Shown: positions 38,873 to 51,520, numbered from the whole stretch's first letter. The stretch is DNA of 63,987 bases, filler included, from Octopus bimaculoides (GCF_001194135.2; 4 parts of 4 records of this genome joined end to end with filler, not necessarily neighbours in it), one strand, 5' to 3'. The notes: generated from the sequence alone by a model not told the origin. Program-made: numbers and translations.

Positions 38873-39099
38873 TAGATGATATTTTGAGACAGAAGTTATT
38901 AATAAATTTAGTCTAGGAAAATGTAAATGTATTCCTAGTTTGTATCCAGCCTAGTTCTCTGGTCATATCCAAAAATAAAACATTTGACAATGATCGAATG
39001 CCAAACTGATCGATATTAAAATTGTAAATATACACTCTCTACAGATGAAGATGATAATCCAGAAATTTGTAATCTCAATAACAGTTTAATCTCGTAAAT

Positions 39100-39320
39100 T
39101 TAAATGTTGGTTTCAAATTTTGGCACAAGACCAGCAAATTCAAGGTAAATCGATTATATCGACCCTAGTGCTCAACTGGTACTTATTTTATCGACCTCGA
39201 AAGGATGAAAGGCAAAAGTAAAGTCGACTTCAGTGGAATTCGAACCCAGAACGTAAAGACGGACGAAATGCCTCTAGACATTTTGTCCGGCGTGATAAGG
39301 ATGCTGTCAGCTCGCCACAT
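39100..39320 (-). mobile_element. SINE family B
   Basis: Reverse complement of family B (ggtacttattttatcgacc..aaaggatgaaaggcaaa..gtcgac..ggaattcgaacccagaacgtaa..cagctcgcc). Confidence 0.8.
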
Positions 39321-39396
39321 TCATACATTTGAATATTAGTTCATATTACTGTCTCTTAATATTCAATGGTGCAAAACCACATAGCAGTAAATAGTA

Positions 39397-39942
39397 CGAG
39401 GGTGAGTCAAAAAGTAATGCCATTTTGTTTAGGACAGGTATAATTACCAACACAGGAACATGTACCATACATCAAAATGAAGTTGGTCCTCTGTGGATCG
39501 CATCCCTACTTCTCAACATAGTCACTGTTTCTCTCAATAGCAATGTTCCACCTTCGAATGAGAGCATGTATCTCTGCCCCGTAAAATTCTGCTGACTGTT
39601 CTTTGAGCCACTTCTTCACTACATTTTTTCACGTTTGCCTCTCAAACCCTCTTTCATGGGGCCGAAGAGATGATAGTTTGAAGGCGCTAAATCTGGTGAC
39701 GAGGAAGTGAAAACTGTAGTAAAGAAGTGGCTCAAAGAACAGTCAATAGAAGTTTACGGGGCAGGGATACATGCTCTCATTCGAAGGTAGAACATTACTA
39801 TTGAGACAAACGGTGACTATATTGAGAAGTAGGGATGTGATCCACAGAAGACCAGCTTCATTTTGATGTATGATAGATGTTCCTGTGTTGGTAAATTATA
39901 TCTGCCCTAAACAAAATGGCATTACTTTTTGACTCACCCTCC
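39397..39942. mobile_element. fold-back mariner derivative made of two inverted 3' ends
   Basis: TA|CGAGGGTGAGTCAAAAAGTAATGCC..GGCATTACTTTTTGACTCACCCTCC|TA. Arms of about 230 bp each encode the transposase C terminus (KKWLKEQS..GIHALIRR..NGDYIEK*); the spacer encodes PDLAPSNYHLFGPMKEGLRG on the minus strand. Confidence 0.85.
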
Positions 39943-40024
39943 TATTTATGGGTCGGTACAGTTTAGCATTATTGTTCACCGGGAAACACCAGGAAAATAT
40001 ATTTGATGATTCAGATGTAGAGTA

Positions 40025-40270
40025 GTGAGGGCGCGTCACCTAGTGGTTAGAGTATTGCACTCACGATCGCCAGACTGCTGTTTCGAATTCCGGGCGGGGC
40101 GTTGCGTTCTTGAGCAAAATATTGCATCTCATTTTGCTTTGTGATCGTTTCGTCATATAACGTGTGGTATACCGTACACCTGTTCAGGTAATGATGAGCA
40201 AATGTCCCGTACAAACATTTGATTGCTACGAACAAGACATCTGTGCAGGTTGCTGAATAATAAAAAAAAG
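40025..40270 (+). mobile_element. tRNA-derived SINE, CORE-like body + different tail (T4)
   Basis: ggcgcgtcacctagtggttagag..gtttcgaattcc..gcgttcttgagcaaaata, then a tail unlike T1-T3. Confidence 0.6.
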
Positions 40271-40449
40271 CCCTGCAGAATCTTTACCAGAATCTTCATT
40301 ACGATAGAAGAAAGAGCCCACCAGATGTGCAGTTCTAGAACACAATTTATGTGGAGTAAACCAAAATTGGTAAGCATTGAGTACAGGAACAGTTGCATGG
40401 TTAAAACAAGTTTCGCATTCAGATGATTCCGTATTAAATCCAGCACGGG

Positions 40450-40510
<61 letters not shown>

Positions 40511-41070
40511 CCTATATGTCTGTCTATCTGTCTGTCTGTTTGTCTGTCTATCTGCCTGTACACCCGTCCGTCCGTCTTCCTCCACCACCTCCAGCTCTTC
40601 CTTGGTTGTTATTCCTATCGAACCAAACAGGCATATGACAGAAGACGTTCGAAATACGATCATCTAATTTCCTTCAAGAGATAGTGCTATCTAGAAATAA
40701 CACTATTTAAAAAAAAATAAAGACAAAAGATAGAGAAAGATTTGAGCGAGTTTTCGCTGCTATATCTAGTAGGTCAAGTGAGCACATTGAAGGTCCCTTG
40801 TTCCCTCGATAAACTTATCCCACCTAGCTCAGTTGTTAAGGAGATACATACCAACGTGTGAAACATTGAGGACAAATTTGGTAATCCGAGTCGCTTCTCG
40901 AGGGTCATATGTTATCTGTAGAGCCGGTCCACCGGAGAATTTGAGACCAGAATGATTTTTGCAGAGATAATCAGTTCTGTCCTGATGAGGAAGGTCTGTG
41001 ATCTACAAAACATAATATATAGAAATATGTACATACAAGATTATATATATATATATATATTTATTTATTT

Positions 41071-41375
41071 ATGCGCCCTTTTAAAGCCTAGCCAGGCTGA
41101 TGGGCCCGGTTTCCCGGTTTCTGTGGCGTATGTGTCCCCCCACCCTCAGCTGGACGGGACGCCAGTCCATCGCAGCGTTACTCAAGAAACAGGAAGAAAG
41201 AGTGAGAGAAAGTTGTGGCGAAAGAGTACACCAGGGGTCGCCACCACCCCGTTCCGGAGCCTCGTGGAGCGTTAGGTGTTTCCGCCCAATAAACACACAC
41301 AACGCCCGGTCTGGGAACCAAAACCGCATCCTCCCACAGCGAGTCCGCTGCCCTTACCACTGGGCCATTGCGCCT

Positions 41376-41378
<3 letters not shown>
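41071..41378 (-). mobile_element. full-length tRNA-derived SINE, body 1 + tail T1
   Basis: Head and body match 35242-35430; tail gcgatggactggcgtcccgtccagctg..ctaggctttaaaagggcg matches 23126-23230. Confidence 0.85.
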
Positions 41379-41469
<91 letters not shown>

Positions 41470-41471
41470 TT

Positions 41472-41735
41472 TTGTTGTTGGCACTCCATCGCTCACGACG
41501 TCGAGGGTTCCAGTTGATCCGATCAAAGGAACAGTCTGCTCGGGAAATTAACGTCCAAGTGGCTGAGCACTCCACAGACACGTGTACCCTTAACGTAGTT
41601 CTCGGGGATATTCAGCGTGACACACGTGTCTGTGGAGTGCTCAGCCACTTGCACGTTAATTTCACGAGCAGGCTGTTCCGTTGATCAGATCGACTGGATC
41701 CCTCGACGTCGTAAGCGACGGAGTGCCAACAACAA
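41472..41735. repeat. fold-back of SINE tail T2: 114-bp inverted arms, 36-nt loop
   Basis: 41472-41585 is the reverse complement of 41622-41735; both arms end in (aacaacaa) and meet at ACACGTGT. Confidence 0.9.
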
Positions 41736-41779
41736 GGGCAACAAATCTACTGTGCGTAAATTTTATTATTTTCTGTACT

Positions 41780-42095
41780 TGGGGCTTAGCGGTTAGAGTA
41801 ATCGGCTCACGATCGTAAGGTCGTGAGTTCAATTCCCAGCGACGCTTTATGTCCCTGAGCAAGACACTTTATCTCACATTGCTCCAGTGCACTCAACTGG
41901 CAAAAATGAGAAGTACTTGTAATTCAAATGGCCAGCCTTGTCACACTCTGTATCACGCTGAATCTCCCCCGAGAACTACGTTACGGTCACACGTGTCTGT
42001 GGAGTGCTCAGCCACTTGCACGTTAATTTCACGGCAGGCTGCTCTGTTGATCGGATCAACCGGCACCCTCGTCGTTATAACCGACGGAACGGCAG
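41780..42095 (+). mobile_element. tRNA-derived SINE, CORE-like body + tail T2
   Basis: B box GAGTTCAATTCC, gtccctgagcaagacactttatctcacattgctccagtgcactcaactggcaaaaatgag, then ggccagccttgtcacac..cgagaactacgtta..cacgttaatttcac. Confidence 0.8.
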
Positions 42096-43690
42096 TTGTA
42101 CTTAGATCTCCACAAATATGCTTTTCAATGCTTCTGTCTCAATATGTTCATCTTTAAGCGGTTGTTATTTTCCCTTTCTCTTTTTTCGACGGTGCTGTTT
42201 ATTACAACATATTTTATGAAAATGTGAGTACGAGGTAGTATCAAAAAATTTCCAGAACGAGTTATGTTTAATAATAATTAAAAAAAATAACTTATTTACC
42301 TACGTAACTAATTTCTTTTTCATTAAACATAACTCATGAAGGTCACTGTTAGCTCTCACTGCGCACGCAACCGTTATACATGCATTCTTACAAATATACA
42401 TACACACGTATATACACACACATACGTGTGTGTGTATATATATGTGCGTGTGTGTATTATGTATGTATGTATGTATGTATGTATGTATGTATGTATGTTT
42501 GTGTGCATGTATGTAAACACCAGTTTTATAAATATAGCAGATAGGATGTTAACATTTTTTAATCCCATTTCTGCTGTTTTCAATCCAAATCTAATTATAT
42601 TCACCGTAATAATTTTTACGCGTCAATTTCAAATTAACTCCACTTTTTCACTCCAGCACCATCATCCGAGTTAACATTATTATTATCATTATTATTATTA
42701 TTATTATTATTGTTGTTGTTGTTGTTATTGTTATTATTATTATTATTATCCTTCCTCTNNNNNNNNNNNNNNNNNNNNNNNNNNNNNNNNNNNNNNNNNN
42801 NNNNNNNNNNNNNNNNNNNNNNNNNNNNNNNNNNNNNNNNNNNNNNNNNNNNNNNNNNNNNNNNNNNNNNNNNNNNNNNNNNNNNNNNNNNNNNNNNNNN
42901 NNNNNNNNNNNNNNNNNNNNNNNNNNNNNNNNNNNNNNNNNNNNNNNNNNNNNNNNNNNNNNNNNNNNNNNNNNNNNNNNNNNNNNNNNNNNNNNNNNNN
43001 NNNNNNNNNNNNNNNNNNNNNNNNNNNNNNNNNNNNNNNNNNNNNNNNNNNNNNNNNNNNNNNNNNNNNNNNNNNNNNNNNNNNNNNNNNNNNNNNNNNN
43101 NNNNNNNNNNNNNNNNNNNNNNNNNNNNNNNNNNNNNNNNNNNNNNNNNNNNNNNNNNNNNNNNNNNNNNNNNNNNNNNNNNNNNNNNNNNNNNNNNNNN
43201 NNNNNNNNNNNNNNNNNNNNNNNNNNNNNNNNNNNNNNNNNNNNNNNNNNNNNNNNNNNNNNNNNNNNNNNNNNNNNNNNNNNNNNNNNNNNNNNNNNNN
43301 NNNNNNNNNNNNNNNNNNNNNNNNNNNNNNNNNNNNNNNNNNNNNNNNNNNNNNNNNNNNNNNNNNNNNNNNNNNNNNNNNNNNNNNNNNNNNNNNNNNN
43401 NNNNNNNNNNNNNNNNNNNNNNNNNNNNNNNNNNNNNNNNNNNNNNNNNNNNNNNNNNNNNNNNNNNNNNNNNNNNNNNNNNNNNNNNNNNNNNNNNNNN
43501 NNNNNNNNNNNNNNNNNNNNNNNNNNNNNNNNNNNNNNNNNNNNNNNNNNNNNNNNNNNNNNNNNNNNNNNNNNNNNNNCAATACAGTAAACATAAGAGC
43601 ACCACAGCAAACCACAGCACATACCCAAGGCGCACAGAGCTGCGCTCGGTAGTGAAGTGAAAGCACGTTATAAAAATAAAACTACTGAAC

Positions 43691-43725
<35 letters not shown>

Positions 43726-45867
43726 TGATGATGATGATGATGATAACAGCAACAACAACAACAATGTCTTACTGTAGCTTTATTTCTTCTCAATTACTCT
43801 ATTTTCGTAACACATGCTCAGAGCCTTACTTAACTGTATATCTTCGAACCTACATTTTCGAAACTTAACCACTCGGAATGAATGCATGAATGAATGAAGC
43901 TGATATGATACGTATAGTATAGCCTACAGCGCATCTAACGAGGTGGAAAAACAGTGGTTTTACTGTGATGAGGGAAGGGTCGACGAACCGGTCATGAAAA
44001 TTTTTTTAGTTTTTTAGCAGTAAAAGAACCGTTAAATAAACGCTTTAGTAAATTCTTGGTTACGAAACGTGTATAATTTTACAGAAGTGATGCGATAATA
44101 ACGAGTTCCGTTGAATGTTTTACGCTACAAGTAGGTCGTTATGACATATCTGGAGATTTCACAAATGAATTTTGGCCGGAGTGAAGGCGCAGAACCGAAA
44201 GGTCCGGATGTTGAACCTCTGATTGTAAGGTCTTGCTCAATGTACCATTCATAAACAAATATATACACGCACACACACACACACATATACGCGCACGCAT
44301 ATATATGTATATATGGGTGTATATAACTACACACATACACAAATAACTATAGCATTTTATTGAAATTGAAACCGAGTGTTTGTCACGCGTTTCGAGCTAC
44401 ACGCCACTGTGACCTTTAGGCGAGAATGCAGTAAAGTGAAACTCGAGTCATAAGACGCACTATCATTTTTAGACCAACAAAAAATAACCATATCCTCAAC
44501 ATGTTCTGAGTACTTCTTCGCGCGCACACACACGTGTATGTATGTATGTATGTATGTATGTATGTATGTATGTATGTATGTATGTATGTATATGTATTTC
44601 TATTTGTGTGTTGTATAATGGTATTCGCTATTTCCACGATGGCGAATCCTACCATCTTTCAATCCACTACGTTTAACAGTTACACGTCTCTGACGAGTTG
44701 ACATTCAATCTTTATTACGTAACTTGTATTATGTAGCTAATGTTTCATTTATGTGATTACTACGTACGTAAGATGATGTAACTAAATATCTTATAAAAAA
44801 TCTCTCAGTAGTTGCTCTTATTGTAATTATAATATATATCTATATATCTCTCTCTCTCTCTCTCTCTCTCTCTNNNNNNNNNNNNNNNNNNNNNNNNNNN
44901 NNNNNNNNNNNNNNNNNNNNNNNNNNNNNNNNNNNNNNNNNNNNNNNNNNNNNNNNNNNNNNNNNNNNNNNNNNNNNNNNNNNNNNNNNNNNNNNNNNNN
45001 NNNNNNNNNNNNNNNNNNNNNNNNNNNNNNNNNNNNNNNNNNNNNNNNNNNNNNNNNNNNNNNNNNNNNNNNNNNNNNNNNNNNNNNNNNNNNNNNNNNN
45101 NNNNNNNNNNNNNNNNNNNNNNNNNNNNNNNNNNNNNNNNNNNNNNNNNNNNNNNNNNNNNNNNNNNNNNNNNNNNNNNNNNNNNNNNNNNNNNNNNNNN
45201 NNNNNNNNNNNNNNNNNNNNNNNNNNNNNNNNNNNNNNNNNNNNNNNNNNNNNNNNNNNNNNNNNNNNNNNNNNNNNNNNNNNNNNNNNNNNNNNNNNNN
45301 NNNNNNNNNNNNNNNNNNNNNNNNNNNNNNNNNNNNNNNNNNNNNNNNNNNNNNNNNNNNNNNNNNNNNNNNNNNNNNNNNNNNNNNNNNNNNNNNNNNN
45401 NNNNNNNNNNNNNNNNNNNNNNNNNNNNNNNNNNNNNNNNNNNNNNNNNNNNNNNNNNNNNNNNNNNNNNNNNNNNNNNNNNNNNNNNNNNNNNNNNNNN
45501 NNNNNNNNNNNNNNNNNNNNNNNNNNNNNNNNNNNNNNNNNNNNNNNNNNNNNNNNNNNNNNNNNNNNNNNNNNNNNNNNNNNNNNNNNNNNNNNNNNNN
45601 NNNNNNNNNNNNNNNNNNNNNNNNNNNNNNNNNNNNNNNNNNNNNNNNNNNNNNNNNNNNNNNNNNNNNNNNNNNNNNNNNNNNNNNNNNNNNNNNNNNN
45701 NNNNNNNNNNNNNNNNNNNNNNNNNNNNNNNNNNTATATATATATATATATATATATATGGATAGATAGATAGATAGATATACAGGGGAGTGCAAAAGTA
45801 GGTATACAGTAAGTATCACATCAATGTTATAATACTTATTTCATTAAAATTATTAGCACATTAAATT

Positions 45868-45960
45868 AGTTAGCGTCCCGTCCAGCTGGGAGGAACACAT
45901 ACGCCATAGAAACCGGGAAATCGGGCCCATGAGCCAGGCTAGGCTTTAAAAGGGCGTAAA
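45868..45960 (+). mobile_element. isolated SINE tail T1 fragment
   Basis: tagcgtcccgtccagctgggaggaacacatacgccatagaaaccgggaaatcgggcccatgagccaggctaggctttaaaagggcg. Confidence 0.8.
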
Positions 45961-46641
45961 GAGAGATGTATAATGTATAGTGTGCGTGTATGAATGTATA
46001 TATCTAGAATAAATTCAAATTACGCAATAGAAGCATCTGTATTTTGTAAACGTATACTAATAACACATACTTTTGGTACATATATTGTTTAAATAACAGC
46101 GGCTACGGTTTTTCGCCCGGAAAAGATCTCTTTAGAGACGTAAAGTGGTGAAAACAACACTGTATACTTTAGAGTCAGGCGAAATGAAATCGCCCTGTAA
46201 GTGAAGACAAGAGAATCAGATACAGTATCTCGCTGTAATCGCAGTTTATCAATGCCGCGCCCTTGCTGCATTACTAATACCTAACACTTAACGTACGCCT
46301 GAGACACAAATGCAAATCAGCAAATAAGTTTTACGCCATCTGTATGTATCTCAGACGAGCGATTCTGATTTCGTTTCGGAGGTAAAGTGAGTGCGTGGTG
46401 TTGATAAGCTGCAAATACAGTGAAATACCGTATCTGCCGCTCACCATTTCTGGGATGATTTCGTTTCGCTTAGGTCAAAAGTTTTTAAGACTACAATTTA
46501 AAAAGAATTTTTCCCGGACGAAAAACTCGCAGCCTCTGGTGTTTAAACAACGCTACACACGTAAAATTTGTGACATTAGTAATGTATACACACGCACNNN
46601 NNNNNNNNNNNNNNNNNNNNNNNNNNNNNNNNNNNNNNNNN

Positions 46642-46653
46642 TTAATTAATTAA
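46642..46653. other. artificial six-frame-stop scaffold linker
   Basis: TTAATTAATTAA between N runs of 44. Confidence 0.9.
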
Positions 46654-48251
46654 NNNNNNNNNNNNNNNNNNNNNNNNNNNNNNNNNNNNNNNNNNNNTAT
46701 ATATATATATATATATGTATATTTGTATGTATAGATGTATGTATCTATGTATGACTACACAGTGATGTTGATGTGACGATACCTAGCTGTGTACCCATAC
46801 ATTCTCCAACCATTACACTCTCACTGAAATAACTCACCCTCATTCCTTATCCTTATCATCTCTGAAGTGGAGTGAAAGGGAAATCATAACGGAGAGCGTG
46901 AGAGAAAGCGGCAGAGAGAAAAAGTCTCAAAGATAAGGAAAGGAAAGTCAGAGAGTAACAGACAAGCAGACAGAGCGTATGATTGTTAACAAATATGGAG
47001 CGCACCATGCGTGAATTTCTATATGTCTGCTAGAACCGATGGAAATGGGAACAAAGTCTCTCACAAATCAATGTTATTATCTTAAATGAAGGCTATATTG
47101 GACAATGTAGTCCTGCAAAAGAAAGATATGGATTGGATTTGTGTGAAACGTCTTTCAGCCTCGTATCCTTTCATGATTCGTCTAGCGAGCCGATGACAGA
47201 TATCCCCAACGCTATCATTAGCTATATAACAAATAACTAGTAAATTCACTTCAAATTAAGCGCTTAAACTTTGAAGTTAGAAAGGATATGTTGGTCACAA
47301 AGTTCTCTACCCATATATAAACATTCACATGCACACTCATACACACACATACACACGCACACACACATAGATATATCATTTCTTGTAAACAGTATACAAA
47401 TAAGAGCTGCGAATAGACCCTCGGCGTGAAGACACGTGACCTGGCGGGATTTTATATTACATCTTGTATCTCAAAGGGACTTTTAAACTCTCAGCACATG
47501 GTTTGTTATATATATATATATATNNNNNNNNNNNNNNNNNNNNNNNNNNNNNNNNNNNNNNNNNNNNNNNNNNNNNNNNNNNNNNNNNNNNNNNNNNNNN
47601 NNNNNNNNNNNNNNNNNNNNNNNNNNNNNNNNNNNNNNNNNNNNNNNNNNNNNNNNNNNNNNNNNNNNNNNNNNNNNNNNNNNNNNNNNNNNNNNNNNNN
47701 NNNNNNNNNNNNNNNNNNNNNNNNNNNNNNNNNNNNNNNNNNNNNNNNNNNNNNNNNNNNNNNNNNNNNNNNNNNNNNNNNNNNNNNNNNNNNNNNNNNN
47801 NNNNNNNNNNNNNNNNNNNNNNNNNNNNNNNNNNNNNNNNNNNNNNNNNNNNNNNNNNNNNNNNNNNNNNNNNNNNNNNNNNNNNNNNNNNNNNNNNNNN
47901 NNNNNNNNNNNNNNNNNNNNNNNNNNNNNNNNNNNNNNNNNNNNNNNNNNNNNNNNNNNNNNNNNNNNNNNNNNNNNNNNNNNNNNNNNNNNNNNNNNNN
48001 NNNNNNNNNNNNNNNNNNNNNNNNNNNNNNNNNNNNNNNNNNNNNNNNNNNNNNNNNNNNNNNNNNNNNNNNNNNNNNNNNNNNNNNNNNNNNNNNNNNN
48101 NNNNNNNNNNNNNNNNNNNNNNNNNNNNNNNNNNNNNNNNNNNNNNNNNNNNNNNNNNNNNNNNNNNNNNNNNNNNNNNNNNNNNNNNNNNNNNNNNNNN
48201 NNNNNNNNNNNNNNNNNNNNNNNNNNNNNTATATATATATATGTAGGTATA

Positions 48252-48284
<33 letters not shown>

Positions 48285-48947
48285 ACACATGCCTGTGTGT
48301 GTGTGTACATGTATGTAACTATGTGAAATGTAGATAAACTTTCTCGGTAATATGTGTACTTGTCTTTCTCTTCGTGTGATAATAAAATAAAAACTTTTAC
48401 GTAAAGTTCAGACGACTGTGTCTACGTAAGATTACACAGAATACGCCCACACAATCACTTAAAATCATGCGGGCGCACACATACAGAAAAGCAGTCACTC
48501 ACTTCATACACACAAAGAGAAAAAGAATCAAATAAAAATACACTTAGGAAATATATACGTGTGGCAATGTGACGATTGAAAGAATGCAGTCAACGAAAAC
48601 GAAAAGAATGTTCTGGGGGAAGTCTCCTGAAAATGGATTGGTCTAGACAGAAGAATTTATGTCAAAATCATGTTACTTGAATATGAAATGCGATACGAAG
48701 TTAGCAGATTGAAATGAAACGCTACACATTTGTCAGGGACGGTGAATTGACGTGATAAGATGCGATCGGTGCTTGGCAATGGGAAGGTGAAACTTGTTGC
48801 CTGCCCTGCTCAGCTCTAGTAAATTCTTGGAGTTTTATTTATTTTTCATTATTTTTTCGTTTCTTAGCAACAGTTAGTCAAACATATTTCTTATGACACA
48901 CAGTTTCTTCGCTTTGCGAAGAATTATTACGTTACCTTTTTGTTACC

Positions 48948-48991
<44 letters not shown>

Positions 48992-49074
48992 CCTATTTAT
49001 CTGTCTGTATGTCTATCTATCTATACACACACACTTACACACATATTTTTATTTGACCGTTGACTGAACACTAT

Positions 49075-49245
49075 TCAATTTTTTTCTCCGTGTTTTTCTC
49101 CTTGTCTCCGTATTCTTTCTTTTGAAGAGCGTAGCTCGAAACGACAAAGACTTTCCGTATTCCCGAGCGTCATACTAATACATCCTTTTCTTATTTACAC
49201 CACCTGTCCTCGTCTGTTGTTGTTTTTTCGTACATTCTCCCCTAT
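49075..49245 (+). mobile_element. hammerhead-like repeat, most complete copy
   Basis: TCTTT-CTTTTGA-A-GAGC(GTA)GCTC-GAAAC-GAC-AAAGA at 49114-49150, followed by the tail shared with 10404-10493. Confidence 0.65.
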
Positions 49246-50677
49246 ATATATTCCACTATATATCAATTTAATTTATTTTACCTATGTATATATTTCTCCT
49301 TCATGTATATATATATATATATATATNNNNNNNNNNNNNNNNNNNNNNNNNNNNNNNNNNNNNNNNNNNNNNNNNNNNNNNNNNNNNNNNNNNNNNNNNN
49401 NNNNNNNNNNNNNNNNNNNNNNNNNNNNNNNNNNNNNNNNNNNNNNNNNNNNNNNNNNNNNNNNNNNNNNNNNNNNNNNNNNNNNNNNNNNNNNNNNNNN
49501 NNNNNNNNNNNNNNNNNNNNNNNNNNNNNNNNNNNNNNNNNNNNNNNNNNNNNNNNNNNNNNNNNNNNNNNNNNNNNNNNNNNNNNNNNNNNNNNNNNNN
49601 NNNNNNNNNNNNNNNNNNNNNNNNNNNNNNNNNNNNNNNNNNNNNNNNNNNNNNNNNNNNNNNNNNNNNNNNNNNNNNNNNNNNNNNNNNNNNNNNNNNN
49701 NNNNNNNNNNNNNNNNNNNNNNNNNNNNNNNNNNNNNNNNNNNNNNNNNNNNNNNNNNNNNNNNNNNNNNNNNNNNNNNNNNNNNNNNNNNNNNNNNNNN
49801 NNNNNNNNNNNNNNNNNNNNNNNNNNNNNNNNNNNNNNNNNNNNNNNNNNNNNNNNNNNNNNNNNNNNNNNNNNNNNNNNNNNNNNNNNNNNNNNNNNNN
49901 NNNNNNNNNNNNNNNNNNNNNNNNNNNNNNNNNNNNNNNNNNNNNNNNNNNNNNNNNNNNNNNNNNNNNNNNNNNNNNNNNNNNNNNNNNATATATGTAT
50001 GTGTGTGTGTGTGTGTGTCTGTATCATTGTGCCTGGGGTCACATAATTATATATATATATATAAAACCATTTGTATGTGCGATTGTGTTTCTATGCACAC
50101 ATATATGCACACAATAAATATATAAATGATGTATTACAGAAATGTGTGGCAGGGGCAGTTTGTGTTTGGCAGTGTGTATATTTAAATGTAAGTATAAATA
50201 GCGTATAGCTTATGTAACATGTGGGTCTGTACCGTTAGAAGAGACGAAAATGTCATTGCTCCAATTGAAGACGTTTTAGATGCGTTTGTTAAGAGAAACA
50301 GAACAGATATCATGAGTTGCCGATGTTGAGTGAACCTTATTAAAAATTTAATGAGGCATAAAACATGATGCTACATGAGAATAGTCTCATTTGAACATAG
50401 GTATTTCTCTTTTCAATCGGTTTTGATGAATATAGCTTTGACTCAACTGTGGTTGATATTGGCAGCCACCGTTCAACGTTCATGGGATGTTTCGAAACTG
50501 TACTATATCAAATAAGCGGTGAGTCGTGGTTCACCTCTTTTTCTTGGAATTTAGCTGGTCACGTGTATTTATTCTTAATCTCAACCGATGATGCTGGCTT
50601 GTAATCTATCTCTGGTTTCTTACATCTTATATATTCGCACGCAGATACATGTGTATATACATGCATAAATATATATA

Positions 50678-51520
50678 CGTGGTCCGATCAATAAGTATCC
50701 GGGATGTTGCCATAGTAACGAAGCTAAAGCACGCAGAGTAAAGCCGCATGGATCTGTTTGATCTTGAACACTGCCCTGCATGTGCACTAAGGTTTAACGT
50801 TCTAGCTTACTCCCGCTCCTTAGAGCAGTGCTTGAAAGGAAGGTGTGTAACGTGTCATCGACACATTGAACATGACAGAGAAAGTTGAGCGGAGAATCTG
50901 CATCAAATTTTTCCAAGATCTTGGCCATACCTTCACAGAGGCCTGCGCAAAGTTTTCAAAAAGATTTCCTCGTTTTCGACACAATGAAGGAGATCTTGTG
51001 CAACTGAAACCCGAGTGTCTATTTCGTCAGCTGAAAGCAGTTTTGATACAAACTTGTCAGACAGGTGTCACATACCCAAAGCTTCATTGATAATGGACTG
51101 GACTGAATCGGAACTAATCTGCACATCCTCTGATAACACACAGATCGTATATCAGCGATGTTTTTCTCAGTTCTACCGGTTGCAGGTCTCCCAAAACGTT
51201 CCTTAATATCGACATTTTTTCCGGTCATCATGGAAACGTCTGAACCACTCGTACGTTTTGTGCAGTCCATTCATTTCTCTCCATTCACCATGTGCAACTT
51301 TGTGTAGGCCTCTGAGCGGGTATGACCATGACAACTCTCTCTGTCATGGTCAATGCGACAGTCATACGCTACACCTTCCTTCCAACAGCGAAAGTTAGAT
51401 AGGACGTTAAAACTTAGCTTGCATGCACAGCAGGGTTCAAGGTCAATTTTCGCGGTTTTACTCTGCATTCTTTAGCTTCGTTACTAGTGCAACAGTCCGG
51501 ATACGTATTTATCAGACTTC

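Noticed and set aside
40975-41015. Possible hammerhead starting CTGATGAGG at 40982
   Set aside because: No GAAA box (CAAAAC) and no stem I partner.
47040-47250. 68-codon open stretch on plus and strong acceptor on minus near 47113
   Set aside because: The plus frame has no donor or start; all three frames after the minus acceptor stop within 12 codons.
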